Positions 8,656 through 18,894 of a stretch of 32,000 nt of DNA are shown here, one piece after another. Made by a program: the position numbers and the translations under genes. The notes beneath the pieces are model-generated. The model was not told the DNA's origin. It ran no database searches and worked only from the letters and a program-made list of their open reading frames with translations. Each line of letters opens with the position of its first letter. The first letter of the stretch is position 1. Source of the DNA: Pseudodesulfovibrio mercurii (lineage in GTDB: Bacteria; Desulfobacterota; Desulfovibrionia; Desulfovibrionales; Desulfovibrionaceae); assembly GCF_000189295.2 (NCBI RefSeq), contig NC_016803.1, positions 540,001 to 572,000 on the forward strand. Direction: 5' to 3'.

Positions 8656-8673
8656 ATCGGGCGAAATCGGGCG
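8656..8673 (+). repeat. tandem direct repeat ATCGGGCG-AA-ATCGGGCG with 10-nt phase in the fliM upstream region
   Basis: Exact 8-mer at 8656-8663 and 8666-8673. It sits inside a larger imperfect palindrome, CGAAAT...ATTTCG (to ~8690). About 100 nt upstream of the sigma-54-like motif. Confidence 0.3.
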
Positions 8674-8725
8674 TAAATTGCGCCATTTCGTTGCCAGGAT
8701 CGGGGGTGCGCGGTATGCAGGTGCA

Positions 8726-8752
8726 TAAGGATTTCCGAAAATCCGCCGATAG
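8726..8752 (+). promoter_or_regulatory. candidate sigma-28 (FliA) promoter
   Basis: TAAG (8726-8729), N15, GCCGATAG (8745-8752), compared with the consensus TAAA-N15-GCCGATAA. Confidence 0.4.
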
Positions 8753-8765
8753 GAAACAAACGGTA

Positions 8766-8781
8766 CGGCCCGGTTTTTGCT
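8766..8781 (+). promoter_or_regulatory. candidate sigma-54 (RpoN) promoter
   Basis: cGGCCCGgtttTTGCt compared with TGGCACG-N4-TTGCW. GG (8767-8768) and GC (8779-8780) have the required 10-nt separation. About 80 nt upstream of the fliM ATG. Confidence 0.4.
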
Positions 8782-8861
8782 AATTGTTCAACGACGTTCA
8801 ATTTCCCGGCACGCGCCGGTCAAACGGGCCGTAAGATCGGCGTACATGAGGCTTTGTCCAG

Positions 8862-9839
8862 ATGAGCAAAATCCTCGAACAAGATGAAGTTGATGCCCTG
8901 CTCCGGGGCCTTTCCGGCGGGGATGTCGAGACCGAGACCGAGATACCGGAGGACGATACCGGGGTGGTCGCGTTCGACCTGGCCAACCAGGACAGGATCA
9001 TCCGCGGCCGCATGCCCGTGCTCGAGATCGTCAACGACCGGTTCGCGCGGTTGTGCACCAACGCCCTGGCCAACACCATGCGCAAGCGGGTGGACATCAA
9101 CCCCATCTCCATCGACATGTCCAAGTTCGGCGATTTCATGCGCTCCCTGCCGGTGCCGACCTCCATCTCCATCTTCAAGATGGACCCCCTGCGCGGCAAC
9201 GCCCTGCTGGTGGTCGATTCCCGCCTGGTTTTCGCCCTGGTCGAAAACTTCTTCGGCGGCGCGGGCTCCCAGCCCAAGGTCGAAGGCCGCGACTTCACGC
9301 CCATCGAACAGGCCATCGTTGAGCGCGTGGTCAAGATCGCCCTGGCCAACATGGAGGAGTCCTGGAAGCCCGTGCACGAGGTCCACGTGGAGATGGTCCG
9401 CACCGAGGTGAACCCCCAGTTCGCGGCCATCGTGCCGCCTTCGGACGTGGTCATCGTGGTTACCTTCGAGGTGGAGCTCGAAAACGCCATCGGCTCGCTC
9501 ATCGTCTGCCTGCCCTACGCCACCATGGAGCCCATCCGCTCGAAACTTCACGCCTCCTTCCAGTCCGAACGGCTCGAAGTGGACCACGTCTGGATCAACC
9601 GCTTCAAGGAGCGGCTCATGGAGACGCCCGTGGAAATGGTCGTGCGCCTGGGCCGGACCTCCATCTCCGGCCGCCAGTTGCTCTACCTCCAGGAGGGCGA
9701 CATCATCCTCCTCGATACCGACGAGGACGAACTCCTCGAGGCCGAGGTCGAAGGCGTGCGCAAGTTCCAGGGGCTGCCCGGCCGGGTCAAGGGCAACAAG
9801 TCCTTCAAGGTCATCAAGGAAGAGGAAATCCGCTTCTGA
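8862..9839 (+). CDS. fliM: flagellar motor switch protein FliM
   Basis: 325 aa. The N-terminal LEQDEVDALL matches the CheY-P binding motif. The central FliM domain (IIRGRMPVLEIVNDRFAR...) and the C-terminal SpoA/FliN-like domain (MVVRLGRTSISGRQLLYLQEGDIILLD) are present. Confidence 0.95.
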   Translation: MSKILEQDEVDALLRGLSGGDVETETEIPEDDTGVVAFDLANQDRIIRGRMPVLEIVNDRFARLCTNALANTMRKRVDINPISIDMSKFGDFMRSLPVPTSISIFKMDPLRGNALLVVDSRLVFALVENFFGGAGSQPKVEGRDFTPIEQAIVERVVKIALANMEESWKPVHEVHVEMVRTEVNPQFAAIVPPSDVVIVVTFEVELENAIGSLIVCLPYATMEPIRSKLHASFQSERLEVDHVWINRFKERLMETPVEMVVRLGRTSISGRQLLYLQEGDIILLDTDEDELLEAEVEGVRKFQGLPGRVKGNKSFKVIKEEEIRF

Positions 9840-9864
9840 TCCGTCCGTTTTTCGACGAGTTTCC

Positions 9865-9889
9865 GGGGCCGCTTCGTGCGGCCCCTTTT
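9865..9889 (+). terminator. rho-independent terminator of fliM
   Basis: GGGGCCGC / TTCGT / GCGGCCCC is a perfect 8-bp stem, followed by TTTT. Confidence 0.75.
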
Positions 9890-9994
9890 GTATTGGGACG
9901 CGAGCCGCCGTCTTCAACTTGAAATGGCTTGACGAAAAGCCCGCCGGGCGGTCAATGTTCCCTTTTGAAAAGCACTTCGAGGAGGAGTTTTCCG

Positions 9995-10945
9995 ATGAAA
10001 AAGATACTGTTGCTCATGGCGGCCGTCCTGCTGGTCGCCTCCACCGCCTTTGCCGGCAAGAAGTACGTCATCTCCGTGACCCAGATCGTGGAGCACCCCG
10101 CCCTGGACGCCATGCGTAACGGCGTGGCCGACCGTCTCAAGGAAAAGGGCATTGATTTCACCTATAACGTGCACATTGCCCAGGGCAATATGGCCAACAA
10201 CACCCAGATCGTCTCCCAGATCATCGGCGAGCAGCCCGACCTGGTGGTGGCCATCGCCACCCCCGGCGCCCAGGCCTGCGCCCAGAAGATCCACGACACG
10301 CCCATCGTCTTCACCGGCGTGACCGATCCCGTCACCGCCGGGCTGGTCAAGGACCTCAAGAACACCGACGGCACGAACATCACCGGCATGTCCGACTACA
10401 GCCCCATGGACAAGCATGTGGCCCTGATCCGGGAGATCGTGCCGAACGTCAAGGCCATCGGCATCATCTACAATTCGGGCGAGCCCAACTCCGTGCCCAA
10501 CCTGAAGGCCCTGAAGGAAGAGGCCGCCAAGGTCGGCATCAATGTCGAGGAAGCGACCATCGCCAACTCCAGCGGCGTGTACCAGGCCGCCAAGAGCCTG
10601 GTGGGCCGCTGCGACGTGGTCTACGTGGGCACGGACAACACCGTGGTCTCGGCCATCGAGTCGGCCGTCAAGGTCTGCGAGGACAACCACCTGCCGCTCA
10701 TCGTCGGCGACGTGGACTCCGTGGCGCGCGGCGCCATCGCGGCCGTGGCCGTGGACTACTACAAGATGGGCTTGCAGACCGGCGACATGGCCGCCCGCAT
10801 CCTGGTGGACGGCGTCAAGCCCGGCGACATGCCCGTGGAGTTCCTCAACGACCTGAACCTGCACGTCAACCTCAAGGCCGCCAAGGCCATGGGCGTGACC
10901 CTGCCCCAGTCGGTCATCGACCGGGCCACCAAGGTCATCGAGTAG
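9995..10945 (+). CDS. ABC transporter substrate-binding protein (ABC_sub_bind / COG2984 type)
   Basis: The ATG at 9995 is preceded by GGAGGAG. Signal peptide MKKILLLMAAVLLVASTAFA. Family-typical segments VTQIVEHPALD, VAIATPGAQA, FTGVTDPV, GIIYNSGE and NSV. Confidence 0.85.
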   Translation: MKKILLLMAAVLLVASTAFAGKKYVISVTQIVEHPALDAMRNGVADRLKEKGIDFTYNVHIAQGNMANNTQIVSQIIGEQPDLVVAIATPGAQACAQKIHDTPIVFTGVTDPVTAGLVKDLKNTDGTNITGMSDYSPMDKHVALIREIVPNVKAIGIIYNSGEPNSVPNLKALKEEAAKVGINVEEATIANSSGVYQAAKSLVGRCDVVYVGTDNTVVSAIESAVKVCEDNHLPLIVGDVDSVARGAIAAVAVDYYKMGLQTGDMAARILVDGVKPGDMPVEFLNDLNLHVNLKAAKAMGVTLPQSVIDRATKVIE

Positions 10946-10984
10946 GCGCGAAACGCATTTGCCAATCGGGCCCAGAAACGATAC

Positions 10985-11020
10985 AAGGCGCGTTGCTTCA
11001 CCAACGCGCCTTTTTTATTT
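10985..11020 (+). terminator. intra-operon terminator/attenuator between the binding-protein and permease genes
   Basis: AAGGCGCGTTG / CTTCAC / CAACGCGCCTT is a perfect 11-bp stem, followed by TTTTATTTT. Confidence 0.7.
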
Positions 11021-11073
11021 TCCGCCGGACCCGCCCGCGACGCACCGGCCACGGCAACCATTAGGATCGATAC

Positions 11074-11973
11074 ATGACTCTCTACGCATTTTTCGGCGCC
11101 ATTGAGCAGGGGTTCGCCTACGGCCTCATGGTCATCGGCGTGTACCTGACCTTTCGGGTGCTCGATTTCCCGGACCTTACCGTGGACGGGAGCCTGCCGC
11201 TCGGGGCCGCCGTCTCGGCCGTGGCCATCACCTCGGGATATTCCCCGCTCCTGTCCATCTTCATGGCCGCCGGCGCCGGGTTCCTGGCGGGCATGGTCAC
11301 CGGCATCCTGAACACCAAGTTCAAGATCCTCCACCTGCTCGCCTCCATCCTGACCATGATCGCGCTTTACTCCATCAACCTGCGCATCATGGGGCGGCCG
11401 AACATGGCCCTGCTCGGCCAGGACACCGTGGTAGACTGGTTCAATAATTTCACGGGGGTGCTGCCCCAACACTCGACCCCACTGCTCTTCGGGCTGATCT
11501 GCTTCGCCGTGGTCGTCGTGCTCATCTGGTTCCTGCACACCGAGATCGGCCTGGCCTTCCTGGCCACGGGCGACAACCCGCAGATGATCACCAGCCAGGG
11601 CGTGAACACCGACATCGTCATCATCTGCGGCGTGGGGCTGTCCAACGCCCTGGTGGCCGCCTCCGGGGCCCTGGTGGCCCAGAACCAGGGCGCGGCGGAC
11701 GTGAACATGGGTGTGGGCACCGTCGTCGCGGGCCTGGCCTCGGTCATCGTCGGCGAGACAGTGTTCGGCGACAAGACCATCACCCGTGCGCTCATCGCCG
11801 CCCTGCTCGGCTCGGTGCTCTACCGCATCGCCATCGGCCTGGCCCTCGGTCTCAAGCTCGGCTCCTTCTCGATCACGCCCAGCGACCTGAACCTGATCAC
11901 CGCCATCCTGGTGGTCTTCGCCCTGGTCATGCCCAAGATGAAGCGCCAGTTCCTGGCCGGGAGGTCCAAATGA
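11074..11973 (+). CDS. ABC transporter permease (COG4120 type)
   Basis: 299 aa and highly hydrophobic, with multiple TM helices. Its 3' end overlaps the ATPase gene by 4 nt (ATGA). Confidence 0.85.
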   Translation: MTLYAFFGAIEQGFAYGLMVIGVYLTFRVLDFPDLTVDGSLPLGAAVSAVAITSGYSPLLSIFMAAGAGFLAGMVTGILNTKFKILHLLASILTMIALYSINLRIMGRPNMALLGQDTVVDWFNNFTGVLPQHSTPLLFGLICFAVVVVLIWFLHTEIGLAFLATGDNPQMITSQGVNTDIVIICGVGLSNALVAASGALVAQNQGAADVNMGVGTVVAGLASVIVGETVFGDKTITRALIAALLGSVLYRIAIGLALGLKLGSFSITPSDLNLITAILVVFALVMPKMKRQFLAGRSK

Positions 11974-12764
11974 TTTCCGTCTCCCGCATCACCAAGGCCT
12001 TCAATCGGGGCGACGTCAACGAGGTGACCGCCCTGAACGGCGTGGACCTCGAGGTCAAGGACGGCGACTTCATCACCATCATCGGCTCCAACGGCGCGGG
12101 CAAGTCCACCTTCCTCAACGCCCTGGCCGGGTCGTTTCCCGTGGACTCCGGCAGGATCGTCCTGGACGACCTGGACATCACCAAATGGCCGGAACACAAG
12201 CGCGCCTCGCTCATCGGCCGGGTCTTCCAGGACCCGCTGCTCGGCACCTGCGCCGGGGCGACCATCGAGCAGAACCTGGCCATGGCCAACAAGCGCGGCA
12301 TGACCCGCGGGCTGTCCTGGGGCGTCAAGAAGAAGGACCGCGAGTATTTTCGCGAGAAGCTGGCCATCCTCGGCCTGGGCCTGGAGGACCGCCTCAAGAC
12401 CCACACCGGCCTGCTCTCGGGCGGCCAGCGCCAGGCCCTGACCATGCTCATGGCCACCCTGGTCCGGCCCCGGTTGCTGCTCCTGGACGAGCACACCGCC
12501 GCCCTGGACCCCAAGACCGCCGGCATGGTCCTGGAACTGACCGAGGAGATCGTCGGTTCCCTGAACCTGACCACCCTCATGGTCACCCACAACATGAAGC
12601 AGGCCATCGCCCTGGGCAACCGCCTGATCATGTTCCATCGGGGCCAGGTGGTCCTGGACATCGAGGGCGAGGAAAAAAGGAATCTCAAGGTCGAAGACCT
12701 GCTCGAACGGTTCTCGCGCCTGCGCGGGGACGAGGGGGTCTCGGACCGCATGTTGTTGGGTTGA
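11970..12764 (+). CDS. ABC transporter ATP-binding protein (COG1101 type)
   Basis: Walker A GSNGAGKST, signature LSGGQRQ, Walker B LLLLDEHTAALD, and H-loop VTHNM. Confidence 0.9.
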   Translation: MISVSRITKAFNRGDVNEVTALNGVDLEVKDGDFITIIGSNGAGKSTFLNALAGSFPVDSGRIVLDDLDITKWPEHKRASLIGRVFQDPLLGTCAGATIEQNLAMANKRGMTRGLSWGVKKKDREYFREKLAILGLGLEDRLKTHTGLLSGGQRQALTMLMATLVRPRLLLLDEHTAALDPKTAGMVLELTEEIVGSLNLTTLMVTHNMKQAIALGNRLIMFHRGQVVLDIEGEEKRNLKVEDLLERFSRLRGDEGVSDRMLLG

Positions 12765-12790
12765 GGCCGGTGCGGGCCGCAATCCATATG

Positions 12791-12818
12791 CTGGCAAATC
12801 ATTGCCGACAGGTATAGG
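12791..12818 (+). promoter_or_regulatory. weak candidate sigma-70 promoter for ndk-proC
   Basis: CTGGCA (12791-12796), 16-nt spacer, TATAGG (12813-12818). SD GGAGG lies before the ATG at 12845. Confidence 0.25.
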
Positions 12819-12844
12819 ACAGTAACAGACAAACGGAGGCTTTC

Positions 12845-13267
12845 ATGGCAATCGAACAGACCTTTTCCATCATCAAGCCCGATGCGGTCGAGCGTGGCCT
12901 TATCGCCGAGATCCTGAAAATGATCACCGACTCCGGCCTCAAGATCAAGGGCATGAAGATGATGCGCATGGATCGCGCCAAGGCCGAGGGCTTTTACGCG
13001 GTGCACAAGGAGCGTCCCTTCTTCGGCGAGCTGGTGGACTACATGATCTCCGGCCCGGTGGTGGTTTCCTGCCTCGAGGGCGACAACGCCATCGAGCGGT
13101 ACCGCGCGCTCATGGGCGCGACCAACCCGGCCGACGCGGCCGAGGGCACCATCCGCGCGGCCTACGGCATCAACATCCAGAACAACGCCTGCCACGGTTC
13201 CGACGGTCCCGACACCGCCAGGACCGAGGTGGCATACTTCTTCAACGACGACGAGCTGGTGGGATAA
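12845..13267 (+). CDS. ndk: nucleoside-diphosphate kinase
   Basis: 140 aa: [27 protein letters not shown], and NACHGSD containing the catalytic His. Confidence 0.95.
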   Translation: MAIEQTFSIIKPDAVERGLIAEILKMITDSGLKIKGMKMMRMDRAKAEGFYAVHKERPFFGELVDYMISGPVVVSCLEGDNAIERYRALMGATNPADAAEGTIRAAYGINIQNNACHGSDGPDTARTEVAYFFNDDELVG

Positions 13268-14070
13268 TGACTAAGAAAATCGGGTTCATAGGCGTAGGTA
13301 ACATGGGGTCGGCCATCGTCAAGGGGCTGGCCTCTCGCGACGACATCGAACTGCACGGGGTGGACTTCAACAAGGCCAACCTGGAAAGGCTCAACCGGGA
13401 ACACGGGCTCATCGTGCACGAGAGCGCGACCGATCTCGCCAAGGCGTGCGACTACATCGTCCTGGCCGTCAAGCCGCAGCACGCCGAACCCGTGGTCAAG
13501 GAACTGACGCCTCTGCTCGACAAGGGCAAATGCCTCATCGCCATCTGCGCGGGCATCCCCCTGTCCACCTACGAGGACTGGACCGAGGACCGTTGCCCTG
13601 TGGTCCGGATCATGCCCAACACCCCGGCCCTGGTGGGTCACGGCGTGTCCGCGGTCTGTCTGGACAACCACAACCTGACCGACGAGATCAAGGCGCTGGT
13701 CCCCGAACTGTTCGCCTCCATCGGCCAGGTGCACGTCCTGCCCGAGAAGCTCTTCGACGCCTTCACCGGCGTGATCGGCTCGGGCCCGGCCTACGTCTTC
13801 TACTTCATGGAGGCCATGATCGAGTCCGGCGTGGCCCTGGGCCTGACCCGGGCGCAAAGCGTGGAAATGGTCAAGGGCCTCTTCCTCGGCTCGGCGGTCA
13901 TGGCCGAGCAGAGCGAACACTCCGTGTCCGAACTGCGCGAAATGGTCACCTCCCCCGGCGGCACGACCATCCGCGCGCTCATGCACTTCGACCGACAGGC
14001 GCTCAGGGGCGACATCATCGACGGTGTCTTCGAGTCCTACTATCGAAGCATCGAACTGGGCGACCAATAG
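13267..14070 (+). CDS. proC: pyrroline-5-carboxylate reductase
   Basis: The start overlaps the ndk stop (TAATG). Rossmann motif IGFIGVGNMGSAI, then MPNTPALVG, and the C-terminal motif VTSPGGTT. Confidence 0.9.
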   Translation: MTKKIGFIGVGNMGSAIVKGLASRDDIELHGVDFNKANLERLNREHGLIVHESATDLAKACDYIVLAVKPQHAEPVVKELTPLLDKGKCLIAICAGIPLSTYEDWTEDRCPVVRIMPNTPALVGHGVSAVCLDNHNLTDEIKALVPELFASIGQVHVLPEKLFDAFTGVIGSGPAYVFYFMEAMIESGVALGLTRAQSVEMVKGLFLGSAVMAEQSEHSVSELREMVTSPGGTTIRALMHFDRQALRGDIIDGVFESYYRSIELGDQ

Positions 14071-14080
14071 CGAAAAGAAT

Positions 14081-14168
14081 CGGGGGGAAGGGGGAGAAAA
14101 CCCTTTGAAAAGGGTTTTTCTCCCCCTTCTCCCCGTACCCCCCAACCCCCTCTTTTCCAAACTTTTTA
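14081..14168 (+). repeat. ~90-nt hairpin repeat element, copy A
   Basis: Homopurine arm GGGGGGAAGGGGGAGAAAACCCTTT, GAAA loop, then the complementary arm AAGGGTTTTTCTCCCCCTTCTCCCC (one bulged base). A C-rich tail ...ACCCCCCAACCCCCTCTTTTCCAAACTTTTT follows. Starts 11 nt after the proC stop. Confidence 0.7.
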
Positions 14169-14183
14169 TGTGCCTTCGGCAAG

Positions 14184-14214
14184 GGCGTGCGTCTGCGGAT
14201 GCGCGTCTTTTTTT
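14184..14214 (+). terminator. candidate rho-independent terminator for the proC transcript or a spacer transcript
   Basis: GGCGTGCGTC / TGCG / GATGCGCGTC gives a 10-bp stem including three G-U pairs, followed by TTTTTTT (14208-14214). Confidence 0.5.
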
Positions 14215-14282
14215 GCACAGGCTAGCAGAGCGTACCTAGAAACGGCACGGACAATGCCGCCCCGCGCACTTCGCGCAGCGAC

Positions 14283-14370
14283 CCAAAAAGTTTTGAAAAA
14301 TGGAGGGATGGGGGTTCGTGGGAAGGGAGGGAAAAAACTTTCTCAAAAGTTTTTTCCCTCCCTTCCCCCG
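14283..14370 (-). repeat. ~90-nt hairpin repeat element, copy B, inverted relative to copy A
   Basis: Perfect 22-bp stem GGGAAGGGAGGGAAAAAACTTT (14320-14341) / CTCA / AAAGTTTTTTCCCTCCCTTCCC (14346-14367). The reverse complement of 14283-14319 aligns by eye with the tail of copy A (ACCCCCATCCCTCCATTTTTCAAAACTTTTT). Ends about 10 nt from the cbiB stop. Confidence 0.7.
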
Positions 14371-14378
14371 ACTCGCCG

Positions 14379-15332
14379 TCAGGCGAACAACAACCGGATC
14401 AACCCGAGCACGGGAATGAGGGTCCAGGCAGCCAGATTGCCGCTCTTGCGGACCAGCCGGAAGAGCCTGTGGAGCCTGGCACGGTCCCAGACCGTGCCTA
14501 CGGGGCCCAGCACGGGCTTGTCCTTGATCTTTCCGAAATAGACCGTGGGGCCGCCCATGCGCCCTTCCAGGAGCCAGGCTGCGGCGGCCATGGGCCAACC
14601 CGCGTTGGGGCTCTCCATCTTGAGGGCGTCGGCCCGGAACCGGGCCCGCGCCGTGGCCGTCTTGAGGCCGAGCCGTCGGCCCGCCGCGAACAGGAACAGG
14701 GCGGTCAGCCGGGCCGGAATCCAGGCCAGGAGATCGTCGGTCCGGGCCGCGCCCTGCCCCAGCCGGACGAAACGGTCCGTGCGATAGCCCCACATGGAGT
14801 CCATGGTGGACACGGTCTTGTAGGCCCACAGTCCGGCGGGCCCGAACAGGGCCAGGTAGAACAGCGGCGCGGTGAAGCCGTCATTGAGATTTTCGCTGAC
14901 CGTCTCGGCCAGGGAGCGGCGCACTCCCTCCGCGTCGAGGCCGCCGGTCTCGCGGCTGACGAGCATGGACAGGGCGTTGCGCGCACCGGCCAGGTCTCCG
15001 GCGTCGAGCAATTCGGCCACCCTGCGGGCCTCGCGCAGCAGGCAGCCCAGGGCCAGTCCGGCAAAGGCGAAATACACGGCCAGGAGCGGGCCGAGGTACG
15101 GAATGGCCGTCAGCCAACCCACCAGGCACCAGGCGGTAGCGGCGAACAGGGGCACGGCCAGCCAGCCAGCCAGGCGTAGGTTGACGCCGAGCCTGCGGGC
15201 CGCGGCCTCGTACAGGTCGAGCCCACTGCCGATGAGCCGGACCGGGTGCGGCCAGCCGGCTGGGTCGCCGAACCAGGCGTCCAGAACCAAGGCCAGGGCG
15301 GGGACCAGAAAGACGGCTACGGGATGTTCCAT
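14379..15332 (-). CDS. cbiB: adenosylcobinamide-phosphate synthase (CobD/CbiB)
   Basis: 317-aa membrane protein. The N-terminal DAWFGDPAGWPHPVRLIG, plus SENLNDGFTAPLFY, SPNAGWPMAA and a downstream GG-containing segment, are typical of CbiB. Confidence 0.9.
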   Translation of the reverse strand: MEHPVAVFLVPALALVLDAWFGDPAGWPHPVRLIGSGLDLYEAAARRLGVNLRLAGWLAVPLFAATAWCLVGWLTAIPYLGPLLAVYFAFAGLALGCLLREARRVAELLDAGDLAGARNALSMLVSRETGGLDAEGVRRSLAETVSENLNDGFTAPLFYLALFGPAGLWAYKTVSTMDSMWGYRTDRFVRLGQGAARTDDLLAWIPARLTALFLFAAGRRLGLKTATARARFRADALKMESPNAGWPMAAAAWLLEGRMGGPTVYFGKIKDKPVLGPVGTVWDRARLHRLFRLVRKSGNLAAWTLIPVLGLIRLLFA

Positions 15333-15336
15333 GGCA

Positions 15337-15373
15337 ATAAAAAAGGGCCGGGAAGCGAGGTGCTTCCCGGCCC
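15337..15373 (-). terminator. rho-independent terminator of rpoD
   Basis: Read on the minus strand: GGGCCGGGAAGC / ACCTC / GCTTCCCGGCCC, a perfect 12-bp stem, followed by TTTTTTATT. Lies between the rpoD stop (15384) and the cbiB ATG (15332). Confidence 0.8.
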
Positions 15374-15383
15374 TTTCGGTTGG

Positions 15384-17121
<1,738 letters not shown>

Positions 17122-17135
<14 letters not shown>

Positions 17136-18876
17136 CGTCCCTCCTGCGGGAGTCCTTCATGGCCAGCAGCTGCATGGCCCGTTCCGTGTCCCCGCTCTGC
17201 TGTGCCTGGCGTATGGCCTCTGTGAGCTGGCGCTTGTCCAGCTTCTGCTGCTCAAGCGCGATCGTGTGACAAATATGATTCCATTCCTCCAGCAAATCCC
17301 GGCCGGAGAGGACGTTCTCATGCAGTTCTTCGCGGCACCGGAAGTAGAAGCCCTTTTCCTGTTCGTTCAGCAGGCTCGCGATATGGCCTTGCTGCGTTGT
17401 TTCGAGCTTCTCCCACAGCGCCCTCGCCCATTCGGTGCGAAGAACCTGGGTCATTCCCCTTTTGGCCAGTTCCGTCACATAGTCCGGATACTGGATCGAA
17501 AACCGTAAAAAATACCGATCATCCGCAAAGTCCTTGCCGACGCCCATGGCCGGTTGCGGCTCGGCTCGCATCGTCTGTCGGGGCTGATGCCGTGGATTGC
17601 GCTGTTGGGGTGCCGCTGCACCCGCGTCGCGCCTGAAGTCAGCCTCGGACAATCCGAGCCCGGTCACCAACCGGGGCAGGTAATACGCCCGCAAGGACGC
17701 GTCGGACAATTCCGACAGAAAACTCTTGGCCCAAGCCATGATATCCCTGGGGGCGTACTCCTCCCGCAGGGTGTTCATGCAAAACGTCAAACCGTCCGGG
17801 GCCTCGTTCAGGCAGACCTCGAACCCCTCCGCTCCCCTGGTCTGGAGCAGGCTGTCCACGTCCTCGCCGTCCGGCAGGAGGACCGCCCGGCAGGCCACGC
17901 CCTGGAGCAGGATCATCCTGCTCGACTTCATGGCCGCCTTGTGTCCCGCTCCGTCGCCGTCGAAGACCAGATCGACGCGCGAACAGAAACCGGCCAGCCG
18001 TTTCACCTGATCGGCCGTCAGGGCCGTGCCCAGGACGCCGCAGGAGTCGGTGTAGCCGAACTGGTGAAGCGATATGACATCCATGTATCCTTCGGTCAGG
18101 ATGGCCCGCTTGGTGCGGGTCATGGTGGACCGGGCCAGATTGAGCCCATACAAGTGGTCGCCCTTCTTGTATATCGGCGTATCCGAGCTGTTCAGATACT
18201 TGGGTTCTCCTTCAGTAATTATTCTGCCGCCAAAAGCAATAACCCGGCCGGACAAATTTTGGATGGGAAAGATCAATCTTCCCCGGAACCGGTCGTAGAT
18301 ATTGTTTTTTTCATTTTTAGACAAGAGCCCCGCTTCCACCCCGTCCTCGGGGCTGCGGCCCTTGGTGCGCAGAAAATTGTCCAGTCCGTGCCAGTCCTCC
18401 GGGGAATAGCCCAGGCCGAACTTGGCGATCATCTCCGGGGTCATGCCCCGGTTGGCGAGGTAGCGGCGGCACTGGTCCCCGGAGGCCAGGGACAGGTTGC
18501 GCTGGAAGAACTGGTTGGCCTCGTCGTGCATGTCCATGAGCAGCTGCTTGCGCGCCTTGCGCTCGGCGGCGTGCGGGTCGCTCGGCACGTGGCTCAGCTC
18601 CACCCCGCACTCGGCGGCCAGCTGTTCCAGGGACTCCTTGAATTCCAAGCCGTTGATGCGCCCGTAAAAATCGATGACGTCGCCCGACGCCTGGCAGCCG
18701 AAGCAGTAGAAGAAGCCCTCCTCGTCGTTCACGGACATGGACGGCTTGGTCTCCTGATGGAAGGGGCACGCCCCCATCCACCGGCCGGAAACCGGTTTCA
18801 GGTCAACATACCGGCGCACCACGTCCGAGATATTGATCCGGGCCTTGACGGCCTCGATGCCACTTCTGTCCACCAA
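17122..18876 (-). CDS. dnaG: DNA primase DnaG
   Basis: 584 aa. Zinc-finger [30 protein letters not shown], then the RNA-polymerase and TOPRIM domains ([22 protein letters not shown]). The 3' end overlaps the rpoD start by 14 nt. Confidence 0.95.
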
Positions 18877-18894
18877 ACGCCTCCGGGCGATGCG

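Noticed and set aside
9929-9994. Upstream start for the ABC substrate-binding protein
   Set aside because: The ATG at 9995 follows GGAGGAG and begins a classical signal peptide. The extension is hydrophilic and would bury the signal peptide.
12792-12805. Sigma-54-like motif TGGCAAATCATTGC upstream of ndk
   Set aside because: The GG and GC dinucleotides are separated by 9 nt, not the required 10. ndk-proC is not expected to be RpoN-dependent.
14024-14541. ORFs of 67-123 aa crossing the proC-cbiB spacer (for example 14024-14239, 14015-14218 and 14170-14541)
   Set aside because: They are translations of the hairpin repeat elements or run antisense into cbiB. Their sequences are Gly/Lys/Pro/Phe repeats dictated by the purine and pyrimidine tracts, with no SD.
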